Source: Tubulanus polymorphus (taxonomy: Eukaryota; Animalia; Nemertea). Taken from it: a stretch of 64,000 nt of DNA. Below are positions 13,115 through 23,000 of this stretch, in pieces. The notes under the pieces are model-generated. The model was not told where the DNA came from. It saw only the letters and a list, made by a program, of their open reading frames with translations, and did not search any database. Location: NCBI RefSeq assembly GCF_964204645.1, contig NC_134026.1:22974150-23038149 (forward strand), written 5' to 3'. The translations under genes were made by a program, and so were the position numbers. Position 1 is the stretch's first letter; each line of letters opens with the position of its first letter.

Positions 13115-16100
13115 ATGGAGGGTCATATAGGAAACGGAGATGCAGCATGTGGACGATGGCCGGCAGATGTCGGCATCATTGCAATGGAAGTGTATATCCC
13201 TAGTCAGTACGTAGATCAAGAAGAGCTGGAACAGTTCGACGGCGTATCAAAAGGAAAATATACAATCGGATTAGGACAGGCGCGAATGGGATTTTGTTCA
13301 GATCGCGAGGATATCAACTCATTGTGTCTAACTGTGGTTCAAAACCTTATGGAACGGCACGATATTGATTACAAAAATGTCGGACGGTTGGAAGTCGGTA
13401 CAGAGACGATCATTGATAAATCGAAAAGTACGAAGACTGTTTTGATGCAGTTATTTGAAACTTCAGGAAATACCGACATTGAAGGAGTGGATTCCAAAAA
13501 CGCCTGCTACGGTGGCACTGCTTCATTGTTCAATGCTGTTAATTGGATTGAATCTAGTTATTTCGATGGTAAGTTCTGCTCCACTAGCCATCAACAATGG
13601 GTCATCAGTCTATGAATGGCTTGATATCCAGTTTTTTTAATCTAATTTCAGGTCGCTATGCTTTAGTAGTTGCAGCAGACATAGCTGTTTATGCTACAGG
13701 AAATGCCAGATGTACTGGTGGTGCTGGTGCTATTGCTATGCTCATTGGTGCCAATGCCCCATTGATATTTGACAGAGGTGAGTCAACCAGATGATCTCGT
13801 TGATATTGATAACCTTGGTATTTTGTACTGATTTTGTGAACAATCGAAGCACTAGTAAAATATTGCATACTTTCGATATCGAGGAGGTAATTTTTAAAGA
13901 AAAAAAACTTGTCATTAATTTACTGTGTATTCAGTCACTGAACAATTTAATTTCGCTATGATTACGTAAATCATGCAACTGGATTTGCATCAATTTTGGT
14001 CAATGTCCATCTGCTAAGTGAATTTGTTGATATCACATGTGCTGTGTTTACTGCGTAATCAAGTTCTTATTTTACCGTGAAAAGTTTATAAATGAACTTC
14101 TAGTATTCCCGGATAGAACTAATTATTTAATGATCCGTGAGTCACACTAAACTATGGAATCAAACAAAAGTACTATCGGCACATGTAATAACAATAATAA
14201 TGTTTTCGGGTCATGCCTGGAAGTTGTAGCTACATACTAACACTGATATGTCATACATATAGGGGGCCTACTCGGTACTGGTGTACTCAAAAACATCAGT
14301 GCATTAAACAATTATCTGCAAAATATTATCCAAAAAGTTTATATTTTTCTTGTGTAATTAGTTGTGTCAACATGTTTTTCCGGGTTATACAGTTCTACTG
14401 ATTATTATTTCTACCCGATCAAAAATATCCTACCAAATGATATCCTGCAACTAATTTTTTATTTTCTCACATGGTATGTGATTAATAGCTTCAATGATTA
14501 TATCGTCCTTTTTTTGAACTAAGGTACGGATGTACTGAAACTGATGAACAACGACAGAAAACTGGTTGTGATGAAGTTCATTTCAAGTTGAAATATTTTC
14601 AAGATAGATACTCTAGGCTCCCCGAATAAAATCTGCATAATCTGTAGTCTATTGATTTTAAGAAAAATAATCAAATCACTTTATCGACACATTAGCAGAG
14701 TATTCCAGGGGTATTTTCTCACTCTGAGGTGATGTGACCCTAATCTTATTTTGAATAACTGAGGGAATCAAAGGGTGCCAGTTGAGTTATGGGCCTACAA
14801 AGATTCTAAAAGATATAAGCCGCGATAACACAAGCATTTTTGGCCTGGGTCAGATTATTGTGTGTGAATTGCTGCAGGTTCAGCTGACTCACTTCACTTT
14901 GCTTAAGGATGGGCCGAATTTGTGCCATCTGTGCTAATTTTGTATCTATGTGATCGCGGCTTAATTCTCCTCCCTGGATCCACATCAGTCACCTGTATGC
15001 TTAAGCAATGACACTGGTGAATTAACTGTCACACACACGCACATTTTGCAGGTTTGCGAGTTAGCCACATGCAACATGTCTATGATTTCTACAAACCCGA
15101 TTTAGTGTCAGAATTTCCTGTGGTTGCCAGGAAACTGCCCCAAAAATGTTATCTGATGGCTTTAGATAGATGCTACAAACAATACTGCCAGAAATTGGTT
15201 TCAATTACAGCAGGTAAATTCACCCTCCCCGTAGATAGTAATGTCCTTTGCCCTTAATTTCTTTCCAGGTTTACGGGCAATTCATATGCAACATGCATAT
15301 GATTTCTACAAGCCTGATATGGCATCTGAATACCCGGTAGTCGACGGAAAACTTTCTATAAAATGTTATCTTGGTGCATTAGATAAATGCTACCAACTAT
15401 ATGCCAAGAAATATTTGTCTCATGCAGGTAAATTCAACTACTACCAGAACTGGCAGACAAAGTGTCCATACCAGCATTTTGAGGGTTCAAACATTGTCAC
15501 TCAGTCAGTGAAATTGATATGTTCTAAATAACTAATGTTATGGAAATATTTGGTAGCTTTATTTTACCTTATTATTTTAGTTCCAAATGTTTAACGTATT
15601 CAAAATGATTATCTACTTGTTGATACATGTATGACTCATTCTTTTCCAATTCCCAGAAAAGTGAACCACTTCTGCAAAAAAGTGATTAAAAAGCAATTTC
15701 GATGATTTTATTTTCAGGAAAGTCTTCTTCGATATCAAACTTCAACATAGATTCAGCCGATGCATTCCTGTTCCATTCACCTTATTGCAAATTGGTTCAA
15801 AAATCTTTTGCTCGTCTCATGCTCAATGATTTCCTTCAAGATGGTGATCCAGATTTTTCTGGAAAATACGCCGGGTTAAAAGAGTATAGGTACTTCTTGT
15901 TATGTTTATTCATGCCATACATGACGCATATGCTTGAATAATTCTTAATCTTAATGAAAATTGTATATTTATCAGAAAAGTTAAGTTGGAAGACACATAC
16001 TTCAACAAAGATGTGGAGAAGGCTTTCCTAGTAGCCAGTAAGAGTGCATATATACAGAAAGTTGAACCAGGTCTTCATATGGCAAATCAATTAGGAAACA

Positions 16101-16917
16101 TGTACGCGCCTTCGTTATATGGTTGTTTAATATCATGTTTAAATAGGTGAGCATATTTGTATTTACAGTTCAAGTTCATGTCATAATAAGGGTGCTTAGG
16201 AATATCTAAAAAGTAGTATTGTTCTAAAAGATTTTAAGCCATTCTCCTTATAGATTATATTGCTTTATTATTAGAAATTGGTTTCTGGATGTATTTTTTC
16301 CAGTTGGTCGTTGTCGGAAGCAGCTGGTAAACGTCTAGTATTGTTCTCATATGGTTCGGGGCTTGCATCCTCTATGTTCTCAATGCATGTGACAAACGAC
16401 GTCGCTCCTGGTTCAAATCTGGATAAACTTAAGTCTGGTTTCAGTGATATCGACACTAGACTGAACTCACGGACGAAAGTCTCCCCTCAGGAGTTCGCTG
16501 ACACAATGAAATTAAGAGAAGATACCCATCATATAGGTACCTATGTGACAATACACTATGTACTAGTCAAGTCAAGGAATTTGTATGAGAACTTTAACCT
16601 GGGTTTTTGCTGGTACTTAAAATTAGCATTATCATCAGGTTATTGAACTGTTAGAAGTTTTCAAAATATTCTTTTTATCATGGTGCTATTAGGGCTTATC
16701 TACGCGGATCGACTTAATCAAATCATCCATTTGCTCTTTGTATTACTAAATGATGTTAGTGTAAAATGAACGGCATTTGTCTCGATATTTTTCAGCTCCA
16801 TACACCCCTGTAGGAGATATTCATAATTTATTACCCGCTACGTGGTATCTAACAAATGTAGATGACAAGCACAGGAAAACATATGACCGGAAACCAATAT
16901 TGAGTGTGTCCACTTAA
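13115..16917 (+). CDS. HMGCS1: Hydroxymethylglutaryl-CoA synthase (cytosolic type)
   Basis: Exons 13115-13568 (WPADVGI…[13 protein letters not shown]…NACYGGT, with catalytic Glu and Cys), 13652-13777, alternative 15052-15213 or 15269-15427, 15718-15889 ([11 protein letters not shown], catalytic His), 15976-16146 (GNMYAPS), 16304-16536 (FSYGSG) and 16796-16917 ([15 protein letters not shown]…*). There is an apparent 3'UTR intron at 16933-17147. Confidence 0.97.
15052..15213 (+). CDS. HMGCS1: HMGCS duplicated exon 3a (divergent copy)
   Basis: ttttgcag|…|gtaaat, 162 nt, phase 1/1, open frame: [54 protein letters not shown]. Confidence 0.8.
15269..15427 (+). CDS. HMGCS1: HMGCS duplicated exon 3b (canonical copy)
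   Basis: ctttccag|…|gtaaat, 159 nt, phase 1/1: [53 protein letters not shown]. It keeps the conserved VDGKLS motif. Confidence 0.93.
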
Positions 16918-18154
16918 CATAAGTCTTTGTAGGTGAGTAATAGAGATTGCTTTTTGGGCTGCATTTATTAAATAGTGAGCATATCAGAATTGGTGGCACT
17001 TATAGATAGAATGTAATGTAGCTTAAAACTTTAACAAAATTAAAATATCCTGGATCCAACGGACTTCCTAGTTTCTTTTTACATAACCTACAATCGATAA
17101 TGGACCTCCTTATTTTCAATCTACAATTTATTGCCTTTGTTTTTCAGGTGTTTTTTAAGCAGTGTTTAGTGCAACATGCCATACAAGCACTTCGTTTTTT
17201 TGCTATGGTCAATGATTTGTTACAAGATGGAAAAACTCTGCGTAATTCGTAATGTTCTCAGTACATTTTATTCATCATTGATGCACGCTCACACACATAT
17301 ATTTATATTTATGGTTTAGTATTTTTATATAATTGTTATTAGGCCAAAATTCTTTGTTTAGTTTTATTGGCTGTACTGGTCAGGATTATCAATAATGCAT
17401 GTATTTGATGTCAAGATGTATACGTGTATGTTTTGGAAGTGAATGAGTTTCTAAGACCATTTTAAAACCCAGTTCATTAGCTTTGGTTCTTAACATTTAA
17501 AATGGGATAAAATCCATTTGTTTAGCCTTAGAGTTAAAACTGTGAATTGTGCCACTGTCTCTTGGTTTATGCTTTAAAAGGAATAAGAATCCACAGAAAA
17601 TGAAAGATTGATGTTTTGATTTAAGTATTAGATTTTAGTTTTAATCATATTTACGATTCTGGCCTTGGGGTAAAATTCCTTTTCTGATTGCTTCTCTTTT
17701 GTATCAGAAATTTAGCTCATGCTCATAATGTTAGTAAATCAATTAGTATTACACATCTCTATGATCATTTATTGTTTGGTTGATTCAGTTAGTTAATGAA
17801 ACAAAACTGATATTAGTTGTTTGTATGTACACGGAATAGTATCTGACATATTTTCCAGTATTACGGTAACAATGTTTACACTATGTATTTAAAAAACAAT
17901 CATAGCAACAAAATATCCTGACAAATAAAATATAGAATTAATTAACACCATTGTTTGACTTTGTTAGATTATTGGTTTCATCATTTCTAATTTTGATTTT
18001 TTAAGTCAGAGCCCTGTAGATACGATTTAGGAAGAGGATGCTGAAAGCTCGCATCGTGAGTCCTAATGGTTTTGGGTCAATGGCCGACGATTCCTAGAGT
18101 GGGTGGCATTACACATTACATAACACGCGTGGTGTGGTTTCAGTGCTGGGTAAA

Positions 18155-18545
18155 TGAGTGTACACATTGTAGTCTTAACAAAATCGGCGATGAATTCCAT
18201 TTTCTTTTTGAATGTTCCAAATTAATCGGTATACGAAGAGCTTTCCTAACCCAATTTTATGTAAATAGACCTAACACTTTCAAAATGTCACAATTACTTA
18301 ATGCTGTAAATAACACTATACTAGTTAAACTCGCTAGATTTGTAAATGCTGGTCTCAAGCTACTTAAGTAAAATTCATTTATGCATACCAGTTATCTGTA
18401 CTATCATTCTATTATATGTGTATTTCTGTTTTCTTGTTTTTTTTTAAAGTTTTGTAAATTATAAATTTTATTGTGCAAATTCCTGTAACCTCTATAAACC
18501 AACATTGGTTAGAGTGAAATGAATAAACCTACAACCTATTAAACT
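18155..18545 (+). mobile_element. 5'-truncated non-LTR retrotransposon (CR1/L2-group-like ORF2 C-terminus plus 3' tail)
   Basis: CTHCSLNKIGDEFHFLFEC…RPNTFKMSQLLN is the Cx2C…DEFHFLFEC zinc-knuckle-like motif typical of LINE ORF2 C-termini. Stop at 18371, then a T-rich 3'UTR, AATAAA at about 18522 and a short acct-repeat tail. Confidence 0.8.
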
Positions 18546-20089
18546 ACATGATGAAACCCAACCATTTGAATTTAGAAGTTCAGAAGCCACCATCTTGGCG
18601 ATAGAAACCAGATTTTGCTCTTGTAGATGAGAATTGATTCGAGTTAAAATGTCTGATCACTTGAGTAAATGAGTATGACGCATCGAGAAAAATGATATAG
18701 GAGTCCAAAAACAATCGACAATCTTTCGAAAGATGACTACGACGTCTAGACTTCATTCCGACGAAGCTGTATTTTTAATTTCCAAAATTGAATGTCTCAA
18801 CATTTAAAACAAAAGCACAATCGAAACGTCGTCTTATCTGACCTGTTGACGTTGTTGCTGGATCGAAGTTCTACATGACACTTTAACTTTTTGACAAGGG
18901 TTACCTTCTTATGATATCGAGTGATAACAACACGTTAACAAGGCTGCGTCACACATCAAATAAGTTTTCATTCCGTTTAAGTGAGCATGTACATATACAT
19001 GAATGTATGTATATACGTTTCTGAGTAATTATTTCCCGCGACGCAAAATCTTGCCGAAATTGAATGATACAGAATTTCTCTTTTAAAGGCCAATCATCTA
19101 GATTTCAAATTTTACAACCCAGCAAAAATTACGTAAATCAATCAAGTAAAAAAATATTTTTCTCATTTGCAAATGGAATTTGGTCCAAAAGGGTGTCCTC
19201 GCACCAACGTATATCCGAGTTCTCGTCAACGAGGTTCCACTGTTGTATGTAGGGTCCTCGTGGTTGTCAGTAAAAGGATACGTTTATGCAGTCACATCTA
19301 TACCAAGAGGCAAAGTTCGCGCGCTAAAAATAAAAATTGATGACAATAAGGAAAGCGCTATGTGGGCCAAGGTTCAAATCAATTGTTGATTCAAATGCCA
19401 GATAAGCATGAAATCTTGACACTTCAAACAACAAACGAGCGCAGATTAACCAAGTAAAATAAATCATTTACTTCGAAATTTGTGTTTATATATATACATG
19501 TGTTTTTAAATTTCTTTGTTTACGGGTTGTGGGTTTTTTAAGATTATTACACCACATTGATACGGCCATCCTTCGTAGCGTTGTGAATTTGATAGTCCTG
19601 CCTGTGTGATGGGGATAGGCATCGATACATTTTTCTTTAAATTGAGATACTCGTTATTTAATCAAATTGAATTAACAAATGCATTCAAGATGATCAATCG
19701 TTGTTTTTTATCAACAATAAATGTAATATCGCCGATAGGGAAAACGTTTTCGTTGTAAATTGCTGCGTTCGCTGAACAGGCACATGTTTCAAGTCAGCTG
19801 ATCGCGTTTACCCACTTGGACCTTGTGCAGCAACACCGCAGCTTTATATAATACTAAACATTTAAGAGGTTGATGTCCCAGGGTTCACATACATGCCGAT
19901 TATTAAGCAACCCGATTGGACTTTGGGAGCAAATTATCGAACATTATCGATATAAAATCAGATATCATGCCCAACGGGCGTTAGTTAGAATTGTGGAAGC
20001 AAACTGTGCACATAACGTCGTTAAAAGGATTTGAAAACTATCAGGAAGTGACAATAGGTGCACTGATCGATTAAGTGAAGACTTTCACA

Positions 20090-23000
20090 ATGGAGTTAAA
20101 AAGGGCGCTTGTCGTCCTAGCGTTCGTCGCTACATCATATTCAAGTAAGTATTTTGTAAGATAAAAAATTATCTTTTAATTTTCAGTTCTTGTGGCGAAT
20201 GAATGATTTTATTGAAAATCTTGGTACGATCTTTTTTGCTCATGAATATAACTATCATTTATGCTCACTGAACATTATACGTATGTGAATTTATCCTTTT
20301 TGAATTGCAATTAATGTTCCGTTTTTGTAAATCTTTCACAATTCATCGTAAAGAGTTTAAAGTTGTTTACTTCATAATGATCATGCTGGTATTGACGACA
20401 GATTTGAGAAAAAGCACACCAGTTTTCCAAGTTCTTTTATAAAATTCACGGTGAAAATTAAACGGACTGATTAAAAAATAGAACGACCATGGACTAGGCT
20501 TTAATACAAACTACTTGTAATTTGTTTGAGTTTGATTAATTGGATCGGTTTCAAGCATTGAAATTCTAGCTTCCGTACTACAAGATCTCGAAGGCTACGT
20601 TATCCCTGGGAGTAAATTGTACGCCATACGAACACAAAAACAATCTAAACTTAGACCTGTTCTCTCTCGTGACTTTCTCTATTGCATCCAGGGATGAAAT
20701 TGTTTTCCATGCTAGATCCGGGTTCCCGGAAAAGTCATCATGCCTACACATTTATGTGTTTTGGAAATCTGTGTTACATAATCACAATACCACCATATGG
20801 CCGGCCTTATAAGAAAATAATTGATGATAATTTTCATATAGGATATTGCTCTGGCTCTGAACCTATTGAGACGGTTAACGTTATTGTATTTACCCTAGAC
20901 TATAACTGAAATACAAAAGTCTAGCCCAATACGATAATATAAATTTACGTACATACGAAACACCATGTTTTCAAAAAAAACATTTGAGTATGCATATGTG
21001 ATTGAATGCAAGATTGCGTCCATAATGCAGCAACAAAGGATGTCAAAGGACAAGTAATACGATGGATTTATGATAATATTTCTGTATTTAGATTTAATTT
21101 TTGCATTGTAAGATTGAAGTATCAAATTGTTCTGTTTTGCTGAATAGTGGTCTAAGATGATTCGGCCATGTTTTTGACGATTATCCTTACAAAATTTTAC
21201 AAAAGCCGTGATAAATTACTTAACGAAGTCGCTTGAAAACAAACAGACGAAACCAAGCGCACACTTAATCACCACATTGCCACTGTAAATTATTTCAGCG
21301 CCGTCAAAACAAACCTCACGCCGAATCTTTTATCTTTGCTATTCTTCACGTGTAACCTTCGTTTTTGAAAAACATTGACACGCGCACGTTTTACGATAGT
21401 TGCTTTAATGAGTTATTACCGTTGAAACCATCATATACATTGAATCTTATCGCGAAAAAGAAATACTTAATGAAAAGGGATAAGTTACTTATTACTTATT
21501 ATTCAAATATCTTACTGACATCGAGTACATGGAAAACGCTGATAACGATGTGTACTCTAAGGCTGCAGTGTTTGTAAACACAACCGACCCATTTCTTTTC
21601 TGAAACTTCTTGGAATCTTGGCTGTTGATCAAATACAGGCTTTTGCCAACAATATACGTCGACCAAACACGAGGTTACCCCCTGGGTCCGTAAAAAGGGG
21701 TGTAGCTGTAAAAATCCCCTAGGTAGCAATCTATGATTCTTTAAAATAGGTAGAAATCTCTACCTTCTTGAACGGAAAACAAATAGATATAATCTGAAAG
21801 TTTATTCATTGATAAATTCAATTTATTCATATCTTACTGTGCCTATATCATACCATGAATACAACGATTGTACAATTTGATTTATAAGATCCTACTAATT
21901 TAAAAGTCCATTAATACTAAAATTTTTCACACAGCTCAAATGTAGCACAAATTAAAAAGAAGTCATTGCACAGTTAGAAATACAACTTGAGTATTAAAAA
22001 ATATTACAAATTTAAAGTTCTTAATGCGTCAGTTTTCGAAAGATTTCGCATTGCACAGTTTGAATCTTACAAACATGAAAAATTCTTAATTTCATTTATT
22101 CTTTTGTTCTGATAGTAAAGAGGCCGAAACACAAATGGAGATTTTCGTTTTCGTATTTATAAACTGCTCATAATTCTTTCAGGTCCCATCAACTTAGGGG
22201 ACTACCGTCATAGTATTTGTACGCAAACATGCACAGGTAATTTCATTGATATATTGATAAGCATTCAAATTCGTGAATACTTGAATTATTTTACAATTTA
22301 GAAACTTTATTCATCATAAACTCATACTTTATAAAACTCCGTCGTTATTTCAGAATCAAACACATTCAACTACAATCCGGGAACCACGTACTCGTTCAAA
22401 TATGAGAGTGGCGTTTTAACGGAAGTCAGTGGTTCAAACACAGAGAACTCAGGACTTCATATGACTGCCAACGTGGACATCGAGGTCTTAGACAAATGTA
22501 ATATGGCACTAACGGTATGAACTAAACTGATTTGACGCTAACGTGCGAAATATAACCTTTCCCTTGAAAAAATGCCGCTACTTTCATTTTATTTGGGGAT
22601 GAAAATTAAGAAATACACTTCTAAACTTCTAAATGTGCTAAAATATTTTGGAAATTTCAGATGAAAAATGTTGCCTTGTACATTACTGATCCGACTAACC
22701 GCAATAGAAAAACGATATCTGACGGTAGCTCTGATTTCGGTCGAGCTTTAGAAGCGCGTCCTCTGAGATTTTCCTTCCAAGACGGTAGCATCGACGGTGT
22801 ATGCACCGATAGACCGGAGGATGAGAAAAAATGGGTGGTCAATATCAAAAGAGGTGTGCTGTCCTCATTCCAAAACACCATGGGTGATCTGATGGTGGAT
22901 ACAAAACTGAAAGAGGTATATGAATATATTTTTGTTGTGTTGTCGAAACGACTATCAGACTTAGGACGTATCTATGAACATTCATTCATTTTGGTTGGTT

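Noticed and set aside
16915-16932. Stop-codon readthrough of HMGCS (TAA CAT AAG TCT TTG TAG) giving a peroxisomal signal
   Set aside because: The extension ends in KSL, not a canonical PTS1 (SKL-type), and TAA is the least leaky stop.
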